Below are positions 1-14,144 of a DNA stretch of 64,000 bases, in pieces. Within the stretch, counting starts at the first letter, position 1. The number at the start of each line of letters is the position of its first letter. The DNA comes from Mobula hypostoma (taxonomy: Eukaryota). A program made the position numbers and the translations under genes. A model generated the notes under the pieces. That model searched no databases. It saw only the letters and a list, made by a program, of their open reading frames with translations, and was not told where the DNA came from. The stretch lies in assembly GCF_963921235.1 (NCBI RefSeq), contig NC_086097.1, positions 217,002,001-217,066,000 of the forward strand, in the 5' to 3' direction.

Positions 1-821
1 TTAACTCAACATTACCATTTCATTCAGCAATCAAACTGCACAGTTTGAATTCATTTAGATTGAGCCATGGCACACGTGGGTTAGCAAGTGTTCAGTGAAG
101 AGGAGATGAATAGGTGTGACTGCACCTGAGCCTATTAGCACCCACTCATCCTTGACCAGTCCTCAGTTGTTCAATGCAAGATAAACCTACCAGGACATGT
201 TAAGTCTTCCTTCTTCAGTTCAGTTCATTCAGATGATTCAGCTAAACACTGTTGCCTCAGTGAAGTCCCATTACTTCGCCCTAAAGAGGAGTTGAAGCTG
301 AGGGCTGGGGAAATATGGATCGGCTATCATCTTATTGAATGGTGGGACAGCCTTAAGTAGCTAGATGCCCTACCCCGGCCCTATTTTCTTAATTACATCT
401 GTCTCTGGCACAACCTCACATCTATTTGGAAAGGTAACTCTATCACTGAGGTTTTATTCCACTGTACTTTCCAAGACACGAACACTTGCCAGTCAGTCAG
501 CCTGTATTAGAGATGAGTTTGCCAGAACAAGCACTTACATTTCATGTATTTTGGAAGGGTAAGGCAGATGATTTTTCCCATTAGGCAGATTTCACTGAAA
601 CACCATGGACTAGAAATTCATCCGTGTAATTTTTTCACATTTAAACAGCATTAGCAATCACTGCTTCAAAAAGCTCTAAATAAATGGTGACACAAGGAAA
701 TCTGCAGATGCTGGAAATTCAAGCAACACACACAAAAAATGGTGAAATTCATTTGCACCAACACCAAGATAGCACTAGTAGGCTTCTTTGCATAACATCT
801 CTATTACTAGCATCATTTAAG

Positions 822-1134
822 AGCATAAGAAATAGGAGCAGGAGTAGGCCATCTGGCCTGTCGAGCCTGCTCCACCATTCGATAAGGTCATGGACTCATT
901 TCCACCCACCTGCCTTTCCCCATAACCCTTAATTCCCCTACTATGCAAAAATCTATCCAATTTTGTCTTAAATATATTTACTGAGGTAGCCTCCACTGCT
1001 TCATTGGGCAGAGAATTCCACAGATTCACCACTCTTTGGGAAGAGCAATTCCTCCTCATCTCTGTCCTAAATCTACTCCCCCAAATCTTAAGGCTATGTC
1101 CCTTAGTTCTAAATTCACCTACCAGTGGAAACAA
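822..1134 (-). mobile_element. CR1-clade LINE 3' fragment
   Basis: FRTEMRRN..SQRVVNLWNSLP motif and CR1 3' tail. Confidence 0.85.
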
Positions 1135-1199
1135 TTTTTGTCATAACTCTGACCTTAGGGAGTAAGTTTAAAGACGGTTTTGTTGAGTTGCTAGAAAAA

Positions 1200-1890
1200 T
1201 TCAAAGTAAATTCATTATCAAGGTACATAAATGCCACTGTATACTACCCTGAGATTCATTTTCTTGCAGGCATTCACAGTAAATAAAAAGAAACACAACA
1301 GAATCAATGAAAAACTGCAGACAATAAAAATGAATAAACAACCAATGTGCAATAGACAACAAATGGTGCAAATACAAAAAGAAATAATGATAATAATATT
1401 GATAATAATAAATAAGCAATAAATATTAGGAAAATGAGATGCAGAGTCCTTAAAAGTGAGTCCATGGGTTGTGGAATTATTTCAATGTTGCAGTGATTGA
1501 AATTGTCCCCTCTGGTTCAAAAGCCTGGTCAAGGGGTAATAACTATTGCTGAACCTGATTGTGTGGGACTTGAGCTCCTGTATCTCTCCCTGACGGTGTC
1601 TTCAGCAAACTTAAATGTGCCATTGGAGCTGTGCTTAGCCTCCTGGTCATAAGTGTAAAGCACGTAGAGCAGGGGGCTACGCACACAGCCTTGCGGTGCA
1701 CCATTACTGATGGAGATTGAGGAGGAAATGTCGTTGCCAATGCAAACTGACAGAGGTCTGCAAGTGAGGAAATCAAGAATCCAGTTGCACAAGGAGGCCT
1801 AGGTCTTGGAGCTTATTGAATAGTTTTGAGGGAATAATACTGTTGAATGTACAGCAATAGTCAATGAACAGCATCCTGATATATGCATCA
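1200..1890 (-). mobile_element. Rex1/Babar-like LINE fragment, internally deleted
   Basis: [35 protein letters not shown] remnant plus 3' tail. Confidence 0.75.
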
Positions 1891-2317
1891 ACCTCTATAG
1901 CAAGCAAACCCAAGTGTCTGCACTGTTCTCAATCCCAGAAACCCTGCTGAATCTTTCTACTGTGGTGCTCACTGCTAACGTGATTTAAGAGAATGCATCA
2001 GCCAAATGAGGGGCCGTCCATTTTTGATCAATTCAGCTTTTGCATTCACAACTGAAGGGGCATTTTTCTGCATTGCAGATATTTGTAAAGGCTACCCCTC
2101 TGTCTAATATCTGCTGTGAGTCCTTTTGTTGGGTGTATTTTTCCAATTCACCAAGTATCTCAATCTATTGAAAGTAAAATGTTTTGTTCAACGATGCACA
2201 GAAGACTGAGTGACTGGGCAGATGTTGGTATCTTGGAAAGTACAACAGTATTTTCAAAGTTGTCCCTGCAAGGTTTCTTCTGGCCAGCTACTGTTGAAGA
2301 GGACTCTGTTGGAGTTT

Positions 2318-3300
2318 TATTGTTTATCATTTATATCAATGATCTGGATGATAATGTGGTTAACTGAATCAGTAAGTTTGCAGATAACACTGACATTGAG
2401 GGTGTAGTGGACAGTAAGGAAAACTATTATGGCTTGCAGAGGGATCTGCATCAGTTGGAAAAATGGGCTGAAAAATGGCAGTTGGAATATAATGCAGAAA
2501 AATGTGAGGTTTTTCACTTAGGTAGGACCAACCAGGTCCTATGTCTTACACAGTGATCTGTAGGGCACTGAGGAGTGTGGTAGAACAAAGGGATCTGGGA
2601 ATACGAGTCCATCGTTCATTGAAAGTGGTGTTATAGGTAGATAGCATCATAAAGAAAGCTTTTGGTGCGTTGGCCTTCATAAATCAATGTATTGAGTACA
2701 GGAGATGGGATGTTATTTTGAAGTTATGTAAGACATTGGTGAGGCCTAATTTGGAGTATTGTGTGCAGTTTTGGTCACCTACCTACAGGAAAGATGTAAG
2801 CAAGGTTGAACGAGGACAGAGAAAATTCACAAGGATGTTACTGGGTCTGAAGGACCTGAATTATAAGAAAGGAATGAATAGGTTAGCATTTTATTCCTTG
2901 GAACGTAGAATATAGAGGTGAGACTTGATAGAAGTATACAAAATTATGAGTGGTATAGATAGGGTAAATGCAAGCAGGCTTTTTCTACTGAGGTTGGGTG
3001 AACTATATCAAGACGTCATGGGTTAAGGGTGAAAGGTGAGAAGTTTAAGGGGAACATGAGGGGAAACTTCTTCATTCAGAGGGTCGTGAGTATGTGGAAT
3101 GAGCTGTCAGCACAAGTGGTGCATGCGAACCCGTCTTCAATGTTTAGGAGAAGTTTGGATAGATACATGGATAGTAGGAACATGGAGAGCTATGGTCCTC
3201 GTGCAGGTCAGTGGGAGCAGGCAATTCAAATGGTTTTACCATGAACTAGATGGGTTGAAGGGCCTGTTTCTGTGCTGTATTCCTCTATTTGTCTGTGAAC
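2318..3300 (+). mobile_element. CR1 LINE 3' portion, degraded
   Basis: [26 protein letters not shown] motifs. Confidence 0.85.
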
Positions 3301-4584
3301 CTATGATTCTATGACTGCCTGTGAGTGTGGTGACTGTGATTCCATTTTGGGTTAGCCTATGTTTTGCACAGAGTTGCGCAGTACTTGGCCTGTGACTGCT
3401 CCTTATGTCGGGAGTAACTTGGAGACAGACAAGAGACTCCAGATGCTGTAACACATAGAACCGTTGATATTATGTTTATGATTGGTGCCAACTCATTCTG
3501 TAACATGTAAGTTTGTTTGACATCATGTTAATGTGGTTTCCAACGCCAGTTGCTTGGAGTGATGTACAGACAAAATTCTGGGCCTGTGCATCTTTAATAG
3601 CAAGCTATGAATAGCCTGTCAACAAGGAGCTCATGAGCTGCATGCTGGGGGAAGATTTTCCATTCTTAATGTATGAATGGTTCCAAGTTACAGGAAGTTT
3701 TAAATATCACTGTTGAGAACATTCATAGCCCATCTCTATTTGCCTTGCAGAGGTGCTGTAACCTTTCTGAACTGCTGCGGTCTTTTGATGAAGAAACTCT
3801 CGCAGGATTTTTCCACATTTAAATTCAGCAGAAACTTGAAGGGGAACCTGCAGGTCGCGATGTTCCTGTGTACCTGCAGAGTTTACTTTAGATTCGAGAT
3901 GACAGTGATCATGGGTGCTGAAGAAGCCTTGAAAAGTAGTTGCAGTGGCCTGTGTTGTAGATAGTGCAAACTGCAGCCCCAATCTATCAGTGAAACCAAG
4001 AGGGCACCAGATAAGGGGTGGTTATTGGACTGTTCTGTTCTATATAATGTTGGCCTTGAGTGCTTTTGGAGCAATGTTCAGACATGCAAACACCTTGTGC
4101 ATGATGGAATGACGTTAAGTGGGACACTCACTCATTACAGGATTCCCTGCCTCTAATTGTCTCTTGCAACAATAGTAAAGATTTTCAAAATACTAGATCT
4201 GTTTGTCACATGTACATCGAAAAATGCAGTGAAATGTGTTGTTTTGCGGCAATGACCACCGCGGTCTAAGATGTCCTCGGACAGGACACATGAAAGATGT
4301 CCTATCGCCATCCTTCCAGCAGTATGATAGTACGCCCACAATTTACTGACCCTAACTCATACATCTTAAATAAAATGCGGGAGGAAACCAGAGCATTCAA
4401 AGTAAGCCCACACAGTCATAGGTTGAATGTACAAATTCCTCATAGTGGCAAAAATAAACCCCAATCTGTAAGCATTACACTAACCACTACACTACCATAA
4501 ATACTGTGTATTTATAATCCAGTTATATTCCTGTTAAATGATTACTTCAATAGAATGTTGGCACTGAGAGGTTTTGCGATGAAT

Positions 4585-5340
4585 CTGAATCACAATCAGG
4601 TTTAATATCACTGGCATGTGCTGTGAAATTTGTTGTCTTTCTGCACCAGTACATTGCAATACACAATAACAAAATTATGGTGGAGGGGAAGAAGCTGTTC
4701 CATAAACACTGAGTATGGGGTCTTCAGGCTCCTTCCCTCCTCCTTGATAGTAGCAATGGGAAGAGGGCATATCCTGGATGACGGGGGTCCTTAATGATGG
4801 ATGCTGCCTTTTTGAGGCATTGCCTTTTGAAAATGTCATTGATGCTGGGGCGGTTAATGCCCATGGTGGAGCTGACTAGGTTTATAACTTTCTGCAGCTT
4901 TTTCTGATCACGTGCAGTGACCCACCCCACCCCCATACCGGGCTGTGTTGTAACCAGTTAGACTGCTCTCCATGGTACATCTGTAGACATCTGCAAGAGT
5001 ATTTGGTGTCCCCTCAAACTCCTGATGAAATATACCCGCTGCTGTGCCTTCTCTGTAACTGCACCAATGTTGGGCCCGGGACAGATCTTCTTAAGATGAT
5101 GACACCCAGGAACTTGAAACTGCTCATCCTTTCCTCTACTGATCCTGCGAGGAGGACTCGTGTGTGCTCCCTTGGCTTCCCCTTCCTGAAATTCACAATC
5201 AATTCCTTGGTCTTGATTGCAAGGTTGTTGTTATGACGCCCCTCAAACAGATAATCTACAGTATCTCACTCATGTACACCTTCTTGTGACCATCTGAAAT
5301 TCTTCCAGCAATAGTTGTGTAGTTGGCAAATTTAGAGATG
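4585..5340 (-). mobile_element. Rex1/Babar-like LINE 3' fragment
   Basis: IVNFRK..FKFLGV, KAASIIKDPRHPG motifs. Confidence 0.75.
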
Positions 5341-5399
5341 GCGCTTCCATCAGAAGATGGCATCAGCGAATATTTTTTTAAATTTTGGTCAAAAATTGT

Positions 5400-8300
5400 T
5401 GAAATGTTGAGAACCTAAAGTCAGATGTATAAATATTACAGTGGGGGAAATAGAATTACAGAGGCATGAGAGAGGAGTTGGCCAGAATTGATTGGAAAAG
5501 AACACTGGCAGGGATGACAGCAGAGCACCAATGGCAGGAATTTCTGGAAGCAATTCAGAAGGCACAGGATATATACACCCCAAAGAAGAAAAAGTATTCT
5601 AAAGGGAAAATGACACAACCATGGCTGACAAAGCCAACATAAAAGCCAAAGAGAGGGCATATAACAGAGTAAAAATTAGTGGGAAGTTTGAGGACTGGGA
5701 AGGTTTTAAATACCACCAGAAGGCAACTAAAATATCAATAAGAAGGTGAAGATGGAATACGAAATATGGAATATGGAATATGATTCTTCTAGAATCACTA
5801 GATTCTGGAATGGTTCCGGAAGACTGGAAAATTGCAAATGCTTCAAGAAGGGAGAGAGGCAGAAAAAAGGAAACTATAGGCCAGTTAGTATGATCTCAGT
5901 GGTTGGGAAGATACTGGAATCGATTATTGATGATGAGGTCTCAGGGTACATGGAGGCAAATGATAAAATAGGCCGTAGTCAGTGTGGTTTCCTCAGGGGA
6001 AAATCTTGCCTGACAAATCTGTTGGAATTCTTTGAAGAAAAAACAAGCAGGATAGACAGAGGAGAATCACTTGATGTTGTCTACTTGGATTTTCAGAAGG
6101 CCTTTGACAAGGTGCAACACATGAGGCTGCTTCAGAAGCAAAATCAGTTTTATTATCACTGCCAGCAGTTCAATGCTATACCCAATATAGAAGAAGAAGG
6201 AGAAAAAATAATAATCAATCGATCAATTATGGTATACATATATTAAATAGGTTAAAAATCATGCAAAAACAGAAATAATATATATTAAAAAAGTGAGGTA
6301 ATGTTCACAGATTCAATGTCCATTTAGGAATTGGGTGGCAGAGGGGAAGAAGCTGTTCCTGAATTGCTGAGTGAGTGCCTTTAGGCTTCTGTACCTTCTA
6401 CCTGATGGTAAAAGTGAGAAAAGGGCATGCCCTGGGTGCTGGGGGTCTTTAATAATGGATGCTGCCTTTCTGAGACACCACTCCTTGAAGACGTCCTGGG
6501 TACTTTGTAGGCTAGTACCCAAGATGGAGCCAACTAAGTTTATAACCCTCTGCAGCTTCTTCTGGTCCTGTGCAGTAGTCCCTCCCCCCCCCCCACCCCT
6601 TACCAGACAGTGATGCAGCCTGTCAGAATGTTCTCCATGGTACATCTATAGAAGTTTTTGAGTGTATTTGTTGACATCCCAAATCTCCTCAAACTACTAA
6701 TGAAGTATAATCACTGTCTTGCCTTCTTTATAACTGCATCAATATGTTGGGACCAGGTTAGGTCCTCAGAGATCTTGACATCCAAGAACTTGAAACTGCT
6801 CACTCTCTCCACTTCTGATCCCTCTGTGAGGATTGGTATGTGTTCCTTCAACTTACCCTTCCTGAAGTCCACAATCAGTTCTTCCGTCTTACTGACATTG
6901 AGTGCCAGGTTGTTGCTGTGGCACCACTCCACCAGTTGGCATATCTCACTCCTGTACACCCTCTCGTCACCATCTGAGATTCTACCAACAGTGATTGTAT
7001 CATCAGCAAATTTATAGATGGTATTTGAGCTATGTCTAGCCACACAGTCATGTGTATACAGAGAGTAGAGCAGTGGGCTAAGCACACACTCCTGAGAGGC
7101 ACCAGTGATATTAGATTTTTTTCAGATTATGAGAACACTCAGTCCTCTTTTATTGTCATTTAGAAATGCATACATGCGTTAGGAAATGATACAATGTTTC
7201 TCCGGAGTGATATCACAAAAAACAGGACAAACCTAAAACTAACAATGACAGAACCACATAATTATAACATATAGTTACAGCAGTGCAAAGCAATATCATA
7301 ATTTGATGAAGAACAAACCATGGGCACGGTAAAAAAATCTCAAAAGTCCCGGAGTCAATCGACTCCCGAGTCCACGATAGCAGCGGCAAACGGGAGAAAC
7401 TCCCGGCCATAAACCTCCAGGCACCGTCAACTTGCCGATGCCTTGGAAGCAGCCGACACTGAGTCCATCCGTCTGAAAACTTCGAGCCTCCGACCGGCCT
7501 CTCCAATACAGCCTCCCAAGCGCCATCCTCTGCTGAGCGCCTTTGACCTCGCCCCGGCCGCTGAAACAAGCAAAGCCGAGGATTATCACCAATCCACACA
7601 GATTGTGGTCTTCCGGTTAGGAAGTCAAAGATCCAATTGCAGAGGGAGGTACAGAGGCCCAGGTTTTGTAACTTCTCAATCAGGAATGTGGGAATTATGG
7701 TGTTAAATGCTGAGCTATGGTCGATGAACAGCATCCTGACATAAATGTTCATATTGTCCAGGTGGTCTAAGGCCACGTGAAGAACCATTGAGATTGTGTC
7801 TGCCATTGACCTATTGCGGCGATAGGTAAATTGCAATGGGTCCAGGTCTTTGCTGAGGCAGGAGTTCAATCTCGTCATAACTAACCTCTTAATGCACCTC
7901 ATCACTGTAGATGTGCGTGCTGCTGGGTGGTAGTCATTAAGGCAACTCACATTATTCTTCTTAGGCACTGGTATAATTGTTGCCATTTGAAGGAAGTGGG
8001 AACTTCCACCCATAGGGGTGAGAGGTTGAAAATGTCCTTGAATACTACCACCTTAACAAGCTATGAGCCCATAGTATTACAGCAAAGATTCTAGCCTGGA
8101 TAAAGCAGTGGCTGGTTGGCAGGGGACAAAGAGTGGGAATAAAGGGAGCTGATTTTTGGCTGGCTGCTGGTGAATAGTGGTGTTCCACAGGGGTCTGTGT
8201 TGGGACCAATTCTATTTACATTATATGTCGATGATTCGGATGATGGAATTGACATCTTTGTTCAAAGTTTGCAACAATATGAAGATAGGTGGAGGGGCAG

Positions 8301-9178
8301 TTAGTTTTGAGGAAGTAGAGAGGCTACAGAAGGACTTGGGCAGATAAGGGGAATAGCCAAAGAAATGGCAGATGGAATAAAGTGTCGGGAAGTGTATGGT
8401 TATGCACTTTGGTAGAAGAAATGAATGGGTTGACTATTATCTAAATGGAGAGAAAATACAAAAAACTGAGGCCCAAAGGGGCTTGGAAGTCCTTATGCAG
8501 GATTCCCTAAAGATTAATTTGCAGGCTGAGTCAGTGGTGAGGAAGGCAAATACAATTCATTTCAAGAGGATTAGAATATAAAAGCAAGGATGTTGAGAAT
8601 TTATAAAGCACTATTGATGCCTCACTGGAGTATTGTGAGCAGGTTTGGGCCTCTTATTTTAGAAAGGATGTGCAGAAATTGGAGAGGGGTCAAAAGAGCT
8701 CATGAAAATAATTCCAGGATTGAACAGCTTGTCAATTGAAGAGTGTTAGATGGCTCTGGGCCTGTATTCACTGGAATTCAGAAGAATAAGGGGTGCCCTC
8801 ATTGAAACCTATCGAATGGTGAAAGGCCTTGATAGAGTGAGTGTGGAGAGGATGTTTCCTATGGTGGGAGAGTCTAAGTCCAGAGGACACAGCCTCAGAA
8901 TAGAGAGACGTCCCTATAGAACGGAGATGAGGAGGAATTTCTTTAGCCAGAGGGTGGTGAATCTGTGGAATTCTATGCCACAGGCAGCTGTAGAGACCAA
9001 GTCTTTATGTATGTTTAAAGCAGAAGTTGATAGATTCGTGATTGGTCAGGGTATGAATGGATATGGGGAGAAGGCAAGAGATTGTGACTGAGAGGAAAAT
9101 TGGATTGGCCATGATGAAATGGCAGAGCACACTCAATGGGCCAAATGGCCCAATTCTGCTCCTATATCTTATGGTCTA
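5400..9178 (+). mobile_element. Degraded CR1 LINE interrupted by a Rex1-like insertion
   Basis: NYRPVS..DFQKAFDKV..HMRLL breaks at about 6132 and resumes cttaacaag at about 8052, continuing to the CR1 tail. Confidence 0.8.
6135..8050 (-). mobile_element. Rex1/Babar-like LINE containing a further insert (about 7110-7582)
   Basis: [45 protein letters not shown] motifs. Confidence 0.8.
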
Positions 9179-9181
9179 ATG

Positions 9182-11434
9182 TAATGGTCACCAACCTTTT
9201 TAAGCCCAAGATCCCCTACCTCGACCTCAGTGAAAGGCAAGATTTACCTACTAAATCGTTTAGAGAAAACACAGCTCAGATTGTACTTCCAATTTGAGGC
9301 CTTTTATTTGGGCTAATTGTATTTGAATTACACAAAATACTTTTGTCAAACTTTCAAATTAATTCAAACAAGATAACACTGTAACTAGCATATCAAACAG
9401 GCCATAGCTGTCTTTCTTTAAGAATATTACATACTTCACACCTTTAATTCTAAGTTTCATTATTTAATTTTATTTCAACACGAAAAATAAATGAATAAAA
9501 ATTGATTGTTGCACTCAGTGTGATGACTGGGGCTGAATACTTTCTGCTAATTCCCTGAAATTTGGCTCATAACTACAGACAGCCAGTCTGAGACAGTCTG
9601 TGAGGTGTAGGGTTGCCAACTGTCCCATATTTCCCCCGCTAAGGTAGAGCGTTCCTATGAAACCTTTCGTACGGAAATGCTTTACGCCGAAGAAGCAACT
9701 ACCATAAATTTATATGGAAAAAAAAGTGAGTGTTCCCAGACCCAAAAAAAAACCTGCCAAATAACACATAAAACCTAAAATAACACTAACATATAGTAAA
9801 AGCAGGAATGATATGATAGATACACAGCCTATGTAAAGTAGAAATAATGAAGATTAAGCCAAAACCGATTCGTGAGGTAAAAAAAAAATCAGCACATCAC
9901 GCATGCGCACACAGGTGCCCGCGCAAGGCTTCATGGTCATGGTAGTTTTTCTCGGGGTAAACGCAAATGTCCCGGGATTTGACTGCTACTTTTGTCCCTT
10001 ATTTGGGAGTGAGAAAGTTGGCAACCCTAGTGAGGTGTCTGTCAGTAAGTCAGCTCCTGTACATAGATTTAATAATTTTCATCTGTGAAAATGCAATTTC
10101 ACATAGATAAGTTGACCCGAAGTAGGCACTGACTTTTAGTGCTATAAAATTAACGCACACACCGCGCATTGCTCGGCCCCATCAGTAGTAATTGCCACCA
10201 GTTTATTAATGGGGGTGTCATTTTCACGGACATATTTTTTAAACTCATTGTAAATATCCTCACCTCTCGTTCTTTCCTTTAATTGCAAAAGAGTGAGGAA
10301 GTCCTCCTTTGTTGTAAAATCCTGGAAAGCCATTCTGACGAATACAATAAGCTGAGCTGTTTGCATTACATCCAGGAATTCATCAAACTGTAGTGAAAAA
10401 TATTCACGTCCTCTGACGGTGACTCTACCCTCCTTGTCACTGTTGCAGGGCCAAGCAGTATATTATGTATTGCGGTTGTGATGCCGTTTTTGTTTTTAAA
10501 GTCATTAAAAACAGTCTCTGCAGTAATGACCATTGCTTCCTTGAATAAATCGCCATCTGTAAAAGGCTTCTTGTGTTTAGCCAAAAGGTGAGTTACAGGA
10601 AATGATGCTTCAATAGCAGCCTTATTTTGAGCAGCATGTTTTGTGGAAAACGATTGCTGGGCCTTCAACCCTGATTTCAGCTCAACTTTCCTGACATGAA
10701 TTGCGCTCTTTGGGGGGGTAGGTGTCTTTAAATTTCTGGTGGTTGGTGTTGTGGTGCCATTCCAGATTCCCTCTTTTAGTCAGTCCTTGTGTTTGGTGGC
10801 ACAACATATATACACACTTGTCTTTCACCAAGGTAAATCGAAATTCCTCTTCCCATTCTGGATGGAATTTATACGTTTTCACCTTCTTTCGTGGAGCCTC
10901 CGCTATGCTATCAGGATATCTCAAGCGATTGCCGATTGCGTCGCCTCTGATCTGAGCCGACATTCACGTGCCGGGTTGCACCTAATTAATTAGCTAGTTT
11001 ATTTCGGCTTTTTTTCTTAAAAATGTGCTGTGTGCATCCCAACTACCACTGCATCCCTGCATGCTTCGCGGCCCGGAGGTGGGGGACACTGCCGTATGTT
11101 GATGTTTGCGACAGTCTGTACCTAATCTGATTGGTCACTTTGATGCAGCACAGGCTACGCTGAAAATGCAGTGCATGACGAGGGAGCTACACACATGCGC
11201 ACTGGGCAGAAAGAACGGAACTAAACCGCCGCAACCCAGAGACAATCTCTCTTTACAAACAGCTTTTTAGTGAAAATATTGCTATATTACCTTAGCCTAA
11301 TTAGTATAACTTACTTTTATAATGCTCGCATTACAGTAGTATTTGTGTACTTATTTTTGATTTTTCTTCGGGATCTACTGGGAAAGTCTCAAAGATAGAC
11401 CGGTCGATCGCGATCGATGGGTTGGTGACCCCTA
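9182..11434 (-). mobile_element. hAT (Charlie/SPIN-like) DNA transposon, internally deleted, transposase pseudogene
   Basis: TIRs taatggtcaccaacc / ggttggtgaccccta, 8-bp TSD gtctaatg/gtctaacg; transposase remnants FHPEWEEEF, HKKPFTDG, ITTDGA, FGSTYLCE with frameshifts. Confidence 0.88.
9608..10029. mobile_element. 422-bp hAT (Tip100-like) MITE nested in the transposase C-terminus
   Basis: Perfect 14-bp TIR TAGGGTTGCCAACT; perfect 8-bp TSD GTGAGGTG (9600-9607, 10030-10037). Confidence 0.92.
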
Positions 11435-11980
11435 GTCTAACGGAAATGAAGCTAACCACCAAAGCATCGATAATTACTCCCCACGACCCCCTCCCCCACA
11501 TGACACATTGAGTTCCTCCAGCAGAATTTTGTAGCTACCACTTCTATACTGGAAGTGTTCGGGCTCCAAGTTCTGTGCAAAGCCCTGTTTTAGACTCCTC
11601 ACACTTCTTGGCTCTGCAGTCATACCAGCAAGGCTGCTATTACACCAAGCATTTCATTACACATGCCCAGCTTGCAGCAGGAGATAACCCTGGTGTCAGA
11701 TTTCCTTAAGAGAACGTCATGCCCAGATTCTGTGGTGGATGATTTTCTGATACTGTCTATAGTCATGCATTTCACTTTTGACTACATCGACATTTAAAAT
11801 GCTGCACATATGCCCAGGTTTTCTGTGCAATATCTGTCAATAAGGAAAGGTTGATGTGAGTATCAGCCGAAGGGAGAGAGGGAATTACAAGTAAAAACGT
11901 ACACCAATTTCAGTTCACATCTTCACAGAGCACAGTTTAAGCACTGGTCCTTGTCTGTGGCCAACATTTTCTCCACTGGA

Positions 11981-13473
11981 GGTAAAGGTGCTGAGGAAGA
12001 GGATTTCTTGGAATGTATGCGGGATGGTTTTTTGAACCACCATGTCGAGGAACCAACTAGAGAGCAGGCTATTCTGGACTGGGTTTTGAGCAATGAGGAA
12101 GGGTTAATTAGCGATCTTGTCGTGAGAGGCCCCTTGGGTAAGAGTGACCATAATATGGTGGAATTCTTCATTAAGATGGAGAGTGACATAGTTAATTCAG
12201 AAACAAAGGTTCTGAACTTAAAGAGGGGTAACTTTGCAGGTATGAGACGTGAATTAGCTAAGATAGACTGGCAAATGACACTTAAAGGATTGACGGTGGA
12301 TATGCAATGGCAAGCATTTAAAGGTTGCATGGATGAACTACAACAATTGTTCATCCCAGTTTGGCAAAAGAATAAATCAAGGAAGGTAGTGCACCCGTGA
12401 CTGACAAGAGAAATTAGGGATAGTATCAATTCCAAAGAAGAAGCATACAAATTAGCCAGAGAAAGTGGCTCACCTGAGGACTGGGAGAAATTCAGAGTTC
12501 AGCAGAGGAGGACAAAGGGCTTAATTAGGAAGGGGAAAAAAGATTATGTGAGAAAACTGGCAGGGAACATAAAAACGGACTGTAAAAGCTTTTATAGATA
12601 TGTAAAAAGGAAAAGACTGGTAAAGACAAATGTAGGTCCCCTGCAGACAGAAACAGGTGAATTGATTATGGGGAGCAAGGACATGGCAGACCAATTGAAT
12701 AATTACTTTGGTTCTGTCTTCACTAAGGAGGACATAAATAATCTTCCAGAAATAGTAGGGGACAGAGGATCCAGTGAGATGGAGGAACTGAGCGAAATAC
12801 ATGTTAGTTGGGAAGTGGTGTTAGGTAAATTGAAGGGATTGAAGGCAGATAAATCCCCAGGGCCAGATGGTCTGCATCCTAGAGTGCTTAAGGAAGTAGC
12901 CCAAGAAATAGTGGATGCATTAGTGATAATTTTTCAAAACTCGTTAGACTCTGGACTAGTTCCTGAGGATTGGAGGGTGGCTAATGTAACTCCACTTTTT
13001 AAAAAAGGAGGGAGAGAGAAACCAGGAAATTATAGACCGGTTAGCCTAACGTCGGTGGTGGGGAAACTGCTGGAGTCAGTTATCAAGGATGTGATAACAG
13101 CACATTTGGAAAGCGGTGAAATCATCGGACAAAGTCAGCATGGATTTGTGAAAGGAAAATCATGTCTGACGAATCTCATAGAATTTTTTGAGGATGTAAC
13201 TAGTAGAGTGGATAGGGGAGAACCAGTGGATGTGGTATATTTGGATTTTCAAAAGGCTTTTGACAAGGTCCCACACAGGAGATTAGGCCAGTTCATTGGC
13301 TATGTTTAAGAGGGAGTTAGATATGGCCCTTGTGGCTACGGGGGTCAGGGGGTATGGAGGGAAGGCCGGGGCGGGGTTCTGAGTTGGATGATCAGCCATG
13401 ATCATAATAAATGGTGGTGCAGGCTCGAAGGGCCGAATGGCCTACTCCTGCACCTATTTTCTATGTTTCTATG
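11981..13473 (+). mobile_element. Young CR1 LINE copy, 5'-truncated with 959-bp internal deletion
   Basis: Near-identical to 20221-22671; jumps from ...ggagattag to gccagttc... Confidence 0.93.
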
Positions 13474-13639
13474 ATATCATGGCTGTGAGAGAATGCTGCT
13501 ATCAGTCCTGGTTTAGCACCATATTCTCCTTTAACAGTGATTGAATGATTACTGAATAAAAGGAGATTATTTGTCTGTTCTCTACTAGCTGGCCCTTTCT
13601 CCACTGGCTCCTTCACCATATGTTTACCCATTCCTTCTT

Positions 13640-13925
13640 AAAGTCAAGTCAAGTCAAGTCAAATTTATTTATAAAGCACATTTAAGAGCAACCCATGTTG
13701 ACCAAAGTGCTGTACAATCCATAACAGGTAGCTAAAATCACAACTACAAGAAACACAGATATAAACAACAAGGCACACAGCTTATAGGCACAAAATAAAC
13801 AACACATGAGCCTAGGCACAAGCCAAAAATCAGTCACATCAGGAAGACTCAAACGCTAGTGAATAAAGGCAAGTTTTGAGCCTGGACTTAAAAGAGTCAA
13901 TGGAGGGGGCAGATCTGATAAGAAG
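13640..13925 (-). mobile_element. LINE 3' tail fragment (L2-like) with (AAGTC)n end
   Basis: aagtc repeats followed by tttatttataaagcac and ttttgagcctggacttaaa. Confidence 0.5.
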
Positions 13926-14144
13926 GCTGCAAGGGAATCTGCCCATATTACATCCGCGTGTAGTGCTCTTTAGATTCCAACCACACACTGTGTTAAGGTG
14001 TTTCCTTATTTCATTCTTAGTCCTCCTTCCCTTTATTTTATACCCGTGACATAGTCCGTGACCCTTTCAGCAAAGGAAGCAGCCTCCTAATATCGACTCT
14101 GTTGAGACCCTTCATTATCTTATATATTTGAAGAGTATATTTAT

